This document shows positions 25,108-34,759 of a stretch of DNA of 56,730 nt, piece by piece. Location: the NCBI GenBank assembly GCA_964369145.1, contig CAYJEE010000002.1:1-56730 (forward strand), written 5' to 3'. The position numbers and the translations under genes are program-made. The first letter of the stretch is position 1. The number at the start of each line of letters is the position of its first letter. The notes beneath the pieces were generated by a model that saw only the letters and a list, made by a program, of their open reading frames with translations, searched no databases and had not been told where the DNA came from. Source of the stretch: an uncultured Candidatus Saccharibacteria bacterium (GTDB lineage: Bacteria > Patescibacteriota > Minisyncoccia > Phycocordibacterales > DATDWN01).

Positions 25108-25440
25108 ATGGTCACTAATGATAATGAAGATGAAGTAAGAGACCCTTTAGAAGTTATGGACGAAGCCGATGGTGATGATGGAGAAATTGACCCAGATAAG
25201 CTTGGTCCAGGTCTTCATATCGAAGGTGAGGATGAGGAGGTGGAAGTAGAGGCAGATGTAGATGGTATTGCGGTTACTGATATTGACGACCCACTTATGT
25301 TTGACCCACTTCTTGAAGACAAAAAACCTAAGAAAGAGAAGGTTCCTGGAGAGGAAGATGAGGAGGAATTTCCAGAAGACGAAGAAGATCCTGAGGTAGA
25401 GCTTGAAGATGAGGAATTTACAGACAAGGAAGAGTGGTAA
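25108..25440 (+). CDS. extremely acidic small protein (110 aa)
   Basis: By my count 50 of 110 residues are D/E and only 8 are K/R. No TM helix or signal peptide. No SD. Confidence 0.5.
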   Translation: MVTNDNEDEVRDPLEVMDEADGDDGEIDPDKLGPGLHIEGEDEEVEVEADVDGIAVTDIDDPLMFDPLLEDKKPKKEKVPGEEDEEEFPEDEEDPEVELEDEEFTDKEEW

Positions 25441-25530
25441 GAGGATTACCTCTTGTCTCGACGTCACTCCTCGGAAATGAAAGAGTGTACTCTCTCATTT
25501 CGCTCGAAGCTAGTCGAGATAGAAAATAAC

Positions 25531-25554
25531 AAAAAACCGCTTTTGCGGTTTTTT
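25531..25554. terminator. bidirectional terminator
   Basis: aaaaaaccgc-tttt-gcggtttttt. Confidence 0.8.
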
Positions 25555-25557
25555 GTT

Positions 25558-26766
25558 TTAGATGATTTTAATAAATCGTCGCTTCCCTAGTTTATATACA
25601 CCCGATACTGCAACAGTATGTGGGTCAGTAATTTTTTCCCCTGTATTCATTTCTGATACAGCACCCGCTTCTACCAATCTTCGAAACTCACCTTTTGATT
25701 CGACAAGGTTTTGTTCTATTGCGATATCAATCCATGCTTTTCCACCACTCGCCTCTTGTATATCTTCAGGAACTTCTCCTTTTGAAAAAGTGTTTTCAAA
25801 ATTAATATGAGCCTTTTGTGCTTCTTTTTCTCCAAAACATAGTTTTACAATTTCTGAAGCGAGCTGCACCTTGAGGTGTTTTGGATTTTCACCAGACTGT
25901 AGTTTGTGTTTAATATCTGAAAGCGTATCGATTGAAACATCAGTGACAATTTCAAATGCTGAAGCTATCATTTCATCTGACCAACTCATCACTTTTCCAA
26001 ACATGTCTTCTGGAGTTTGATCGAGTGAAACCATATTCCCTTCACTTTTACCCATCTTTTTTCCAGTTGGGTCTGTTAAAAGCTTCATTGCTATCACAAA
26101 CTTTTCTTTGTTTTTGATTTGCTTCAAAAGATCACGGCCGGTAAGCATATTAAATGTCTGATCATTTCCGCCCACTTCCCCATCTACATCGAGTGCTACA
26201 GAGTCATATCCTTGCATAAGAGGATACATAAATTCATGAATATAAATCGGTCGTTCTTCTTCTATACGTTTTTTAAACATATCCCGCTTAAGCATCTGAT
26301 CCACCGTCATAAGAGACGAAAGTTCGAGAACATCTTTAAATGTCATTTTTCCAAGCCATTCTGAATTAAATTTAAAAAGTGCTTTGTTTGAACCAGTAAA
26401 ATCAATAAATCGAGAAACTTGTTTTTTATATTCTCTAAGATTAGAACGTACTTCCTCTCGAGTCAGTGGCTTACGCACAGAATTTTTATCTGGATCACCA
26501 ATAGTGGCAGTAAAATCACCAATTAAAAAAACTATTTGATGACCAAGTTTTTGAAACTCGGCAAGTTTACGAATAGGGACAAGATGCCCTATGTGAAGTG
26601 TTGGTCCTGTAGGATCAACACCTAAATAAATAGTGAGGCGTTCACCTTTTTTCAGTCGTGCCTCTATAAAAGATTTGTTTGGAAAAACAGCTTCAACACC
26701 TCGAGTAAGGAAGTGTTCTATTTTCTGTTCATCTGTATTTATTTTTGGTTTTTTTTGGAAAAACAT
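25558..26766 (-). CDS. tyrS: tyrosine--tRNA ligase
   Basis: Class I signatures HIGH (TLHIGHLV) and KMSKS-like (KMGKS), plus a C-terminal S4-like domain. The ORF opens at 26772, but M3 (MFFQKKPK) sits 8 nt after a TATAAC box. Confidence 0.9.
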   Translation of the reverse strand: MFFQKKPKINTDEQKIEHFLTRGVEAVFPNKSFIEARLKKGERLTIYLGVDPTGPTLHIGHLVPIRKLAEFQKLGHQIVFLIGDFTATIGDPDKNSVRKPLTREEVRSNLREYKKQVSRFIDFTGSNKALFKFNSEWLGKMTFKDVLELSSLMTVDQMLKRDMFKKRIEEERPIYIHEFMYPLMQGYDSVALDVDGEVGGNDQTFNMLTGRDLLKQIKNKEKFVIAMKLLTDPTGKKMGKSEGNMVSLDQTPEDMFGKVMSWSDEMIASAFEIVTDVSIDTLSDIKHKLQSGENPKHLKVQLASEIVKLCFGEKEAQKAHINFENTFSKGEVPEDIQEASGGKAWIDIAIEQNLVESKGEFRRLVEAGAVSEMNTGEKITDPHTVAVSGVYKLGKRRFIKII

Positions 26767-26817
26767 ATACATATGTTATACCATAAATAGTGGTATAATT
26801 CTAAGAATTCTATTTAT

Positions 26818-29067
26818 ATGAAAAAATACATCAACCAAGGTGTTTCTTTGGCAAAAAAAGGCCACCGTAAGGCAAAATTATTAGGAATGCGTAATATACT
26901 ACTCGGAATTACTGCAATTGGTGTTATTTTCCTTGGATTTATGATTATTTGGGTTTCTACCTTTAAAATCCCTACATTAGATGATTTTAAAGAAAGAAAA
27001 ACAACACAATCAACAAAAATTTACGATCGAACTGGAAAAGTGCTTTTATACGACATCTTTCAAGATCAAAAACGTACTATCGTAACTTTTGATCATATAT
27101 CTCCGTACATAAAAGAAGCGACAATGGCAATAGAGGATCAAGATTTTTATACACATAATGGCATCAAACCGACTGCATTTCTCCGAGCCATACTTGTAAA
27201 CCTCACTTCCCTTTCATACAGCCAAGGAGGATCTACTATCACCCAACAAGTTATCAAAAAAACAATCCTTTCTGACGACAAAACACCAACTCGAAAAATT
27301 AAAGAGTGGATTCTTGCACTTCGTCTCGAAAAAATACTTACAAAAGATGAAATTTTTGAGCTTTATCTTAATGAAATACCCTATGGAGGAAATTATTATG
27401 GTGTAGAAGAAGCAAGTCAGGCATATTTTGGTAAAAAAGCATCTGATGTAACGATCGCTGAAGCAGCATATCTCGCGGCACTTCCACAAGCACCGAGCTT
27501 CTATTCTCCGTATGGAAAAAATAAAAAAGCACTCGATGAACGTAAAGATGTTGTGTTGAAAGAAATGAAGCAAGTTGGTTATATTACCGATGAACAATAT
27601 CAAACCGCAAAAACTGATGTTGTTATATTCCTTCCTAAAGAAGAAAAAGGTATAAAAGCGCCTCATTTTGTAATGTTTGTAAAAGAATATTTGGTTAAAA
27701 AATATGGTGAGGAAGTATTGGAAAATGGAGGACTTCGGGTAACTACCACCATTAATTATGAACTTCAAAAAAAGGCTGAGGAAATTGCACTTAAATATGC
27801 ACTTATTAATGAAAAAACAGTAAAAGGTAAAAATGATGGTTTTGTAGTGATTGATCCAAAAACAGGAGAAATACTCACTATGGTTGGATCGCGTAACTAT
27901 TTTGATAAAGAAATCGATGGTCAGTACAATATTGCTACCGCAAAAAGACAACCAGGATCAACATTTAAACCGTTTATCTATGCGGAAGCATTTAACCGAG
28001 GGTACACTCCAGAAACAGTACTCTTTAATACCGAGACTCAGTTTGGAACTGCATGTCAGGTAGATACGATGAGCAGCGTTCCACCGTGTTACTCACCAAA
28101 AAATTATAATGCAAAATATACAGGCCCAATGGCACTCCGTGATGCACTTGCTGCTTCTGTAAACGTACCTGCGGTAAAACTCCTCTATCTTGTCGGTGTT
28201 CAAAACGCTATCAATCTAGCGCGTTCAATGGGTATCACCACTCTCACTGATGCAAATCAATACGGACTTACTCTTGTACTTGGAGGTGGTGAGGTTTCCC
28301 TTCTTGATATGACTTCTGCATACGGAGTATTTGCAAACGACGGAGTACGTAATCCTTATTCAGCAATTATAAAAATTGAAGATGTAAAAGGAAATATACT
28401 TGAAGAGCTCGCTTTAAAACCGACTCCTGTGTTAAACCCTGAAAGTGCTCGACGAATTTCAAGTATTCTTTCAGACAATGTTGCTCGAGCGCCACTCTTT
28501 GGTTCAAACTCCCTTGTATACTTCGGTGGACGTGATGTAGCGGCTAAAACCGGTACTACAAACGACAACAAAGACGGATGGCTTATCGGATACACTCCGA
28601 GTGTTGTAGTAGGTGCTTGGGCAGGAAACAACGAAAATACACCTATGGTAGGAATGTCGGGAACCATTATTGCTCCTATGTGGCGTGCTTTAATGGATGA
28701 AGCTATGAAAACTGTCCCAAGTGAATCATTTATTGATCCTATTATAGAGGATTCATATGATATTAAGCCGATCTTACGAGGTAAATGGCAGGGTGGCATC
28801 TCTACTGTCTCACAAACTACCCCTGTAACTCCTGCACCATTTAACAACCTTATGCCGATTACTCCTCCTCAAACTGATTCCCTTCTTCTGCCATATGAAT
28901 CAACATCTGAAACACTTTCAGGAGGAATTCACTCTATTTTACACTGGGTTGATAAAGGAAATCCTCGGGGACCAATACCTACAAATCCTGAAAATGATTC
29001 TCAATATAAATACTGGGAATACAGTGTTCAGAAATGGCTCCAATCAAATGGATATCCAGTTCAGTAG
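26818..29067 (+). CDS. class A penicillin-binding protein (transglycosylase + transpeptidase)
   Basis: 749 aa. N-terminal TM anchor, GT51 motifs (EDQDFYTHNGI, GGSTITQQ, RKIKEW), transpeptidase STFKP, SVN, KTGTT. Confidence 0.9.
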   Translation: MKKYINQGVSLAKKGHRKAKLLGMRNILLGITAIGVIFLGFMIIWVSTFKIPTLDDFKERKTTQSTKIYDRTGKVLLYDIFQDQKRTIVTFDHISPYIKEATMAIEDQDFYTHNGIKPTAFLRAILVNLTSLSYSQGGSTITQQVIKKTILSDDKTPTRKIKEWILALRLEKILTKDEIFELYLNEIPYGGNYYGVEEASQAYFGKKASDVTIAEAAYLAALPQAPSFYSPYGKNKKALDERKDVVLKEMKQVGYITDEQYQTAKTDVVIFLPKEEKGIKAPHFVMFVKEYLVKKYGEEVLENGGLRVTTTINYELQKKAEEIALKYALINEKTVKGKNDGFVVIDPKTGEILTMVGSRNYFDKEIDGQYNIATAKRQPGSTFKPFIYAEAFNRGYTPETVLFNTETQFGTACQVDTMSSVPPCYSPKNYNAKYTGPMALRDALAASVNVPAVKLLYLVGVQNAINLARSMGITTLTDANQYGLTLVLGGGEVSLLDMTSAYGVFANDGVRNPYSAIIKIEDVKGNILEELALKPTPVLNPESARRISSILSDNVARAPLFGSNSLVYFGGRDVAAKTGTTNDNKDGWLIGYTPSVVVGAWAGNNENTPMVGMSGTIIAPMWRALMDEAMKTVPSESFIDPIIEDSYDIKPILRGKWQGGISTVSQTTPVTPAPFNNLMPITPPQTDSLLLPYESTSETLSGGIHSILHWVDKGNPRGPIPTNPENDSQYKYWEYSVQKWLQSNGYPVQ

Positions 29068-29092
29068 ATAAACGAATATACAAATTTAACAC

Positions 29093-29134
29093 TTACAAAT
29101 AACTACGAATGAATTCATTCGTAGTTATTTGTAA
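29093..29134. repeat. perfect loop-less 21+21 nt palindrome centred on GAATTC; carries the ACGAAT/ATTCGT motif
   Basis: ttacaaataactacgaatgaa|ttcattcgtagttatttgtaa. Shares ttcattcgtag.t..tttgta with 11972-11990. Confidence 0.7.
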
Positions 29135-29144
29135 ATTTCTATGT

Positions 29145-29390
29145 TTACCTTATCTCAGCTATCCCAAAATCTTTTAATTCTCCTAAAATTTGCTCTTTTT
29201 TCATAAATAAAGCCATTTTATATGCCGGATTTATTTTGAGTACCAACGTATCTTTTTGAATATCTATTAACTCTCCTGGACATGTATACCCTGTATGTTT
29301 CTGGATAATGTATTGTATTTCTTTCTTCTTTAATTCACTTGAATCCAGAAGTCCGGTAGCGCGTTTTAAAAAAGAACTAATGTTAAACAT
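29145..29390 (-). CDS. DUF721/DciA-like small protein
   Basis: 81 aa, directly downstream of dnaN. DTLVLKINPAYKMALFMKKEQILGELK resembles the DUF721 pattern. Confidence 0.45.
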   Translation of the reverse strand: MFNISSFLKRATGLLDSSELKKKEIQYIIQKHTGYTCPGELIDIQKDTLVLKINPAYKMALFMKKEQILGELKDFGIAEIR

Positions 29391-29391
29391 A

Positions 29392-30492
29392 TTATTTGTT
29401 CATTGGCATCACCAAATAGAGATAACTTGAATCACTTGAACCTTTTATCACCATTGGTTTACTTTGATCAACAAACGAGAGTGTGAGTGAATCAGACTCA
29501 ATCGACTGAAAACAATCATTTATATATTTATAATTAAAACTTACTGTTATTTCATCCCCTTTTACAACAGCATCAAGTATGTTTGTATTTTCACCAATAT
29601 CAAGATTTTTTGTTTTCACTTCAAAAAGTTTATCTTTTTGTGAAGCGGTTACATATACCTGACTAAATTTATCACTGAAAATATTAGATATTTTAAGTGC
29701 ATTTACAATATCTTGTTTAAGTACCACAACTTCAGTCTTTACCTCACTTGGAATAATTTTCTTATAATCAGGGAAATTACCATCAACAACACGAGATACC
29801 AGATAAATACCTTCATACTCAAAAGAAATCTGGTTTTGATTAAAAGAGATAAGAACCTCATCTGTAACATCTTCAAAAGACTTTATAATTTCTGGGATAT
29901 TCTTAAAAGGAATAAGAATTGATGAAAAATCCTTATGTTTTTTAACCTTTATTCTCTTCTCAGCGAGTCTAAACGAGTCTGTAGCCACAAACACAACAAA
30001 CTCTTCATCTGGGTAAATGTAGACGCTTGCAAGGGTAGGTTTGATGGTTGATTGAGATGAAGCATATGCAACCGATTTTAAACCTTTAATAAAATCCTGA
30101 ATAGGCATTGAAAATGAGACACTGTCTGCAAGTTTAGGGATTATTGGGAAATCTTCAAATGGAAAGGTTTTAATAACAGTTTTAGTATGATCAGTAGAAA
30201 CTCTTAACTGTCCCCCTTCTGTTTCAAGAGTAACGTTTTTATCATTAAAAATACTTCCAATAAAAGATGAGAGGATGTTTCCTGGAACAGCGACAACACC
30301 TGGTTCGGTTATTTTAACAGGAAGAGTGATGTCGAGACCGAGATCGAGATTTGTTGCAGAAATAGATAATGTTGATCCTTCAGCTTTAAGTAATACACAT
30401 GAAAGTACTGGAAGTGTACTTTGACGACTTGTCATTTTTTCAGCCTTCATGAGAGCTTTCGCTAATTTTTCTTTCACGCATTCAATCTTCAT
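29392..30492 (-). CDS. dnaN: DNA polymerase III beta sliding clamp
   Basis: 366 aa with three-domain repeat pattern. MKIECVKEKLAKAL...LPVLSCVLLKAEG. Position next to dnaA. Confidence 0.9.
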   Translation of the reverse strand: MKIECVKEKLAKALMKAEKMTSRQSTLPVLSCVLLKAEGSTLSISATNLDLGLDITLPVKITEPGVVAVPGNILSSFIGSIFNDKNVTLETEGGQLRVSTDHTKTVIKTFPFEDFPIIPKLADSVSFSMPIQDFIKGLKSVAYASSQSTIKPTLASVYIYPDEEFVVFVATDSFRLAEKRIKVKKHKDFSSILIPFKNIPEIIKSFEDVTDEVLISFNQNQISFEYEGIYLVSRVVDGNFPDYKKIIPSEVKTEVVVLKQDIVNALKISNIFSDKFSQVYVTASQKDKLFEVKTKNLDIGENTNILDAVVKGDEITVSFNYKYINDCFQSIESDSLTLSFVDQSKPMVIKGSSDSSYLYLVMPMNK

Positions 30493-30593
30493 AGTTGTAT
30501 TTTACCTTTTAAAAGAATCTTATTACTATTAGGGGTGTGTATAAGGGGAAAACTTATATAATGGCTTATATAAAGGTTATTTTGAAAAAATAC

Positions 30594-30737
30594 TGTGGAA
30601 AACTGTGGGAAAACTGTGTATATCTTTGTGGATTATTGATGTTCTCTTTTTCTTATCCTTTTTTATCCACATAAATCACTACACTTTTCCTTTGTTATAC
30701 CCCTTTATATACAGAGTAATCCACAGGCTTATCCACA
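30594..30737. promoter_or_regulatory. oriC DnaA-box cluster
   Basis: Boxes in reverse orientation: tgtggaaaa (30594), tgtgggaaa (30604), tgtggatta (30627). Boxes in forward orientation: ttatccaca (30663, perfect), taatccaca (30717), ttatccaca (30729, perfect). An AT-rich stretch at 30493-30590 is adjacent. Confidence 0.8.
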
Positions 30738-30806
30738 GATACTACCACATTAAGATTGCATGTATAGTCTTTTCAGTAAGAATTTTTTAGGTTCTTCTAT
30801 AGATTT

Positions 30807-32147
30807 TTAAACTAAAATAGATCGAAGTTGATTGATTTCGGCGGTGAGGTTTGTGTCATTCGCCATATCATTTTTGATTTTCTCACATGAGTGCATAACC
30901 GTGGTATGGTCACGTCCACCAAGCTTCTCCCCTATTGCTGGGTATGAGATGTTATATTCTTCTCTTAAAATATACATAATAATTTGTCGAGGCTTAATAA
31001 TCTCCTTTTTACGAGTTTTTTCATAAATTGAATTTTCCTCTATGTTGTAGAAATCAGCCACAGTTTTTACAATTTCTTTTGTAGAAATGTTCTTTTTTGG
31101 TTTTGCGCTTGTTTTAATGAAGTTTTTAACCTCATTTAAACTTAGTTCTTTGTCTTTAAGTTGAGATTGGCAAATAATTGAGTTTAGTATCCCCTCGAGT
31201 TCTCGAATATTTCCAGATAGTGAGTATGCAAGAAAATCAACCACTTCTTTTGAGAGAGGAAAGTTGTTTTGGGTTATTTTGGTACGAATAATAGCCGCTC
31301 TTGATTCTGAATCAGGAGGAGGAATATCAACAATCATACCAGCACTAAATCGAGATTTTAGACGATCTTCAAGATCTTGTATTAATGCAGGATGTTTATC
31401 TGAAGAAAAGATGATTTGTTTGTTGTTGTCGTATAAATGGTTGAAAAGATGAAAAAGTTCCTCTTGCATACGCATTTTTCCAGAGAGAAATTGAATATCG
31501 TCCATTATTAACACATCATATTTTCTATATTTTTCTTTAAAAAAGTTTGGTTTGTTGAGTTGGAGTGCATTTACGTATTCCTGACCAAACTTCTCAGAGG
31601 TTGTATAAAATATTTTCCGTTGACCGCTTTTTAAATGATTTCCAATTGCTTGGATAAGGTGTGTTTTGCCGTGACCTGTGTTTCCATAGATGAATAAAGG
31701 GTTGTATACAATACCTGGTTTTTTTATTACCGCTTGAGCAGCAGCGTGAGCGAGCTCGTTGAAAGGTCCTACTACAAATGATTCAAATGTGTAGCGAGGA
31801 TTGAGGTTATCTTCTTTGTTTATATAGTAATTATCAAGAGGAAGCTCTTTGTTTACGAGTTGAGTTTTTTCAAGAGCTGCTTTGAGACGCATATCCTCTT
31901 TTGTAATCATATACTGAAGAGAATGAAATGAACTAGAGATGTTTCGAAGTGATTTAAGGATGGTATTGTGGAATTTTTGAGATAACCATTCGGAAACAAA
32001 ATTGTTTGGGACAGAGAGATACACAGTACCATCTTCAATTTTGAGTATATAGGTATCCTTAAACCATGTATTAAAGTTTGGTTTAGAGATTGATAACTCC
32101 ATTTCTACAAGTACGGTATCCCAAATTTTTTTGTTATCGAGTTCCAT
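30807..32147 (-). CDS. dnaA: chromosomal replication initiator DnaA
   Basis: 446 aa. Walker A GNTGHGKTHL, box VII, C-terminal DNA-binding helix (GGRDHTTVMHSCEKI). TATAAT lies 8 nt upstream of the ATG (32161-32156, minus strand). Confidence 0.95.
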   Translation of the reverse strand: MELDNKKIWDTVLVEMELSISKPNFNTWFKDTYILKIEDGTVYLSVPNNFVSEWLSQKFHNTILKSLRNISSSFHSLQYMITKEDMRLKAALEKTQLVNKELPLDNYYINKEDNLNPRYTFESFVVGPFNELAHAAAQAVIKKPGIVYNPLFIYGNTGHGKTHLIQAIGNHLKSGQRKIFYTTSEKFGQEYVNALQLNKPNFFKEKYRKYDVLIMDDIQFLSGKMRMQEELFHLFNHLYDNNKQIIFSSDKHPALIQDLEDRLKSRFSAGMIVDIPPPDSESRAAIIRTKITQNNFPLSKEVVDFLAYSLSGNIRELEGILNSIICQSQLKDKELSLNEVKNFIKTSAKPKKNISTKEIVKTVADFYNIEENSIYEKTRKKEIIKPRQIIMYILREEYNISYPAIGEKLGGRDHTTVMHSCEKIKNDMANDTNLTAEINQLRSILV

Positions 32148-32238
32148 GTGTAGATATTATATAGGGTAGGAATTTTTATAACACTTGTTAAACGTCTCTA
32201 AACATGTTAGTATCTTCACATAAAGAAATTTAAATTAT

Positions 32239-32403
32239 ATGTCTCAAACATACCAACCTAAAAAACGAAAACGAGCAAAGAAACACGGCTTTCTTTCCCG
32301 AACAAAAACAGCAGGAGGAAAGAAGACTCTTCTCCGACGACGACGAAAAGGACGAGTTGCATTGTCTACTGTTAAACAGAAAGTATCAATCAAAAAGAAA
32401 TAA
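32239..32403 (+). CDS. rpmH: 50S ribosomal protein L34
   Basis: Below the ORF-track size cut-off. Hand translation: [54 protein letters not shown]. Confidence 0.9.
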   Translation: MSQTYQPKKRKRAKKHGFLSRTKTAGGKKTLLRRRRKGRVALSTVKQKVSIKKK

Positions 32404-32423
32404 AGTAGTTTAACTGTTTAAAT

Positions 32424-32765
32424 ATGCTTCCAAAAGCACGAAGAATAGATAAAACAACCTTTAAAACACTAACAGGAAGAGGTAAGAGTTTCAGCTCACC
32501 TCTCCTGTTTTTGTCTGTATACCCTCAAAAAACACAAGATCAAAGCCGTTTTTCTGTCTTGTCTTCAAAAAAAGTATCTAGTAAAGCGGTTGATCGTAAT
32601 CGACAAAGACGGCGAGTGTATAAAAGTATTCAAGGAATACTCTCACATATAAAACCAGGTTTCTGTGGTGTATTTACATTAAAAAAGGAAGCAAAAGAAA
32701 GTGGTTTTGTTGAAATTGATGAATGTGTCAAAAAACTAGTCGTAGAAGCTTTGTTGGTTGATTAA
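32424..32765 (+). CDS. rnpA: ribonuclease P protein component
   Basis: 113 aa, basic. RNR-like motif (AVDRNRQRRRVYK). Classical rpmH-rnpA-yidC order. Confidence 0.85.
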   Translation: MLPKARRIDKTTFKTLTGRGKSFSSPLLFLSVYPQKTQDQSRFSVLSSKKVSSKAVDRNRQRRRVYKSIQGILSHIKPGFCGVFTLKKEAKESGFVEIDECVKKLVVEALLVD

Positions 32766-32795
32766 GTCAATAAATACATATACTATTAATCAACT

Positions 32796-33524
32796 ATGAT
32801 TTCAACATTTTTCAAAGCAGTTTTTTATCAACCTCTCTATAATGGTTTGATTTATCTTATGGATATACTCCCCTTTTTTGATGCGGGGGTTATTGTGATT
32901 CTTTTTACAATCATTGTAAAACTGATTATGTTCCCTCTCTCTATTAAAGCGACAAAAGCTCAGATTGAGATGAAAGATATTGAAAAAGATCTTAAAAAAA
33001 TAAAAGAACAGTATCCAGATAAACAAGTACAAACTCAAAAAACTATCGAGCTCTACAAAGAAAAAAACATAAACCCATTTGCAGGCTTTTTTGTATTGTT
33101 GCTTCAGTTGCCTATTATTATTGCGTTATATCAAATATTCTTAAAATCAGGTCTACCTGTTATCAATCTTGAGTTGTTGTATTCTTTTGTGTCTGCACCA
33201 CTCTCGATTAATATGAGTTTTCTAGGTTTGATAGATATTGCGGGTAAAAGTATTATGCTTGCGGTTATTGCAGGTATATCGACATATTTCCAGATCGCAT
33301 ACGCTACACCGCCGGTAGATAAAAACACAGATCCAAACAGTAAACCAACAATGCAAGAGGATGTGATGAAAATGATGCAAACTCAAATGAAATACGGATT
33401 TCCAATACTTGTTACATTTATCTCTTGGTCAGTTTCAGCAGCAGTCTCGATCTACTGGATTACAAGTAATATATTTACTATTGGACAGGAATTATATATA
33501 CGGAAACATATACGGAAAAGCTAA
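32796..33524 (+). CDS. yidC: membrane protein insertase YidC/Oxa1 (short, monoderm type)
   Basis: 242 aa, five TM helices. KLIMFPLSIKATKAQ, INPFAGFFVLLLQLPI. Confidence 0.85.
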   Translation: MISTFFKAVFYQPLYNGLIYLMDILPFFDAGVIVILFTIIVKLIMFPLSIKATKAQIEMKDIEKDLKKIKEQYPDKQVQTQKTIELYKEKNINPFAGFFVLLLQLPIIIALYQIFLKSGLPVINLELLYSFVSAPLSINMSFLGLIDIAGKSIMLAVIAGISTYFQIAYATPPVDKNTDPNSKPTMQEDVMKMMQTQMKYGFPILVTFISWSVSAAVSIYWITSNIFTIGQELYIRKHIRKS

Positions 33525-33526
33525 TT

Positions 33527-33556
33527 AAAAAAACCGCTCCAATGAGCGGTTTTTTT
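33527..33556. terminator. bidirectional terminator
   Basis: aaaaaaaccgctc-caat-gagcggttttttt. Confidence 0.8.
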
Positions 33557-34757
33557 AATTAATCGTAACAGTCCAAAGACTGTCGTCGGTTTTGCTTTGG
33601 ATAAGGAGTAGGGTGTCAGTTTGGTTGATAGAGATAGTTGAAACATCAATAGTTCGTCCTGCACGATCTTCGAGATCTACAAGTTTTCGTGCGGTGTTTG
33701 CTACTACATCATATTCCCAGATAGAGTCAGAGAAAGAAATTTCTCCTCTATACCAGGCATACAACGATCCAGAGCCGAGGGTGCTTTCAGGTACCGCACA
33801 ATATAGGAATAGTTTTGTATTACCCCAGACACATTTTTCAGGGTAGGTGTATGGAGAAAGTTCTGTAGAAGTGTTGGTTGTGGTATTAAGGTTAAACAAT
33901 GCAATATTGTTTGAATATGCTACATGAGGTTGTTTTTGGTTGGGTAATGTAGTCAAGTTTAACTGATTTGATATAAGTACGGTTTCGTTTGCATTTTGAG
34001 TATTAATATCAAAAAACAATCCATACGCAGACATGTGTGGTTTACTCTGAAGCCCGATATGGGTTGCAGAAATAAACTGAGGGACAAATTCCCGTAAAGG
34101 AGAATCCCAAATAAGTTTCTTTTTTGTACCATCAGGAAGTGATATATATCCTTCGCTTCCACGAGAAGTCTTTTCTAGTGTAAAGATATTCTGAGTATTT
34201 GGAGAGACAGTAAATGAAGTGATTGAGCGAGAAAGGAGAGTCCCTGTCACAGTTTTTTCTGTATCAGATCCAGTGATTTTTCCGTACAGAGTTTCGGTGC
34301 TATCATCGTTTTTAATGTATTGAGCAATAAAACCAGCCCCATTTTCGGTGAACAATGCGGTATGAATTTGAGGAATAGTTGTGTTTGATATTCGAGTATT
34401 TGTATTCTCAAATGTAGGTACATCAAAAATATGACCTGTCGCTTTTTCAATATAGCGAACAATATCCCCTCTTTGGTTTTTAATAAATATACTACCAGCA
34501 ACTGGTTCATCTGAAATAAGACGAACAGTTTGTTCAAAGTTTTGCACCACCTGGTCAGGTGTGATCGAAGGAGTGCTTGTGGCAAAGGGTGTCTCAGTAA
34601 CTACCTCGTTGTTTCCAAAAGGAAAAAGGTTTCCAAAAAACGGTTTTTTACCCCCTTCCACGTTTTCATTGGTAGAAAGTATAAAATAGTACCCTAAAAG
34701 CGCGACTGCGAGAGCGATCAGGATATACGCACTGATTTTGAGGATTTTTTTTGTCAT
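33555..34757 (-). CDS. N-terminally anchored extracytoplasmic protein, beta-propeller-like; last gene of the T4SS-like locus
   Basis: 400 aa. TM anchor ISAYILIALAVALLGYYFIL, and a repetitive beta-rich sequence. No assignable domain. Confidence 0.6.
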   Translation of the reverse strand: MTKKILKISAYILIALAVALLGYYFILSTNENVEGGKKPFFGNLFPFGNNEVVTETPFATSTPSITPDQVVQNFEQTVRLISDEPVAGSIFIKNQRGDIVRYIEKATGHIFDVPTFENTNTRISNTTIPQIHTALFTENGAGFIAQYIKNDDSTETLYGKITGSDTEKTVTGTLLSRSITSFTVSPNTQNIFTLEKTSRGSEGYISLPDGTKKKLIWDSPLREFVPQFISATHIGLQSKPHMSAYGLFFDINTQNANETVLISNQLNLTTLPNQKQPHVAYSNNIALFNLNTTTNTSTELSPYTYPEKCVWGNTKLFLYCAVPESTLGSGSLYAWYRGEISFSDSIWEYDVVANTARKLVDLEDRAGRTIDVSTISINQTDTLLLIQSKTDDSLWTVTIN

Positions 34758-34759
34758 AC

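Noticed and set aside
25147-25467. Antisense ORFs 25215-25427 (poly-Ser, 70 aa) and 25147-25467 (106 aa) opposite the acidic-protein gene.
   Set aside because: They are mirror images of GAA/GAT/GAG-rich codons, which read as TCx/TTC on the other strand. Neither has start signals, and low-complexity translation is expected by chance.
27214-27951. 245-aa minus-strand ORF inside the PBP gene.
   Set aside because: It is antisense to a well-supported GT51/transpeptidase gene. The translation is F/I/K/C-rich low-complexity sequence typical of an AT-rich antisense frame.
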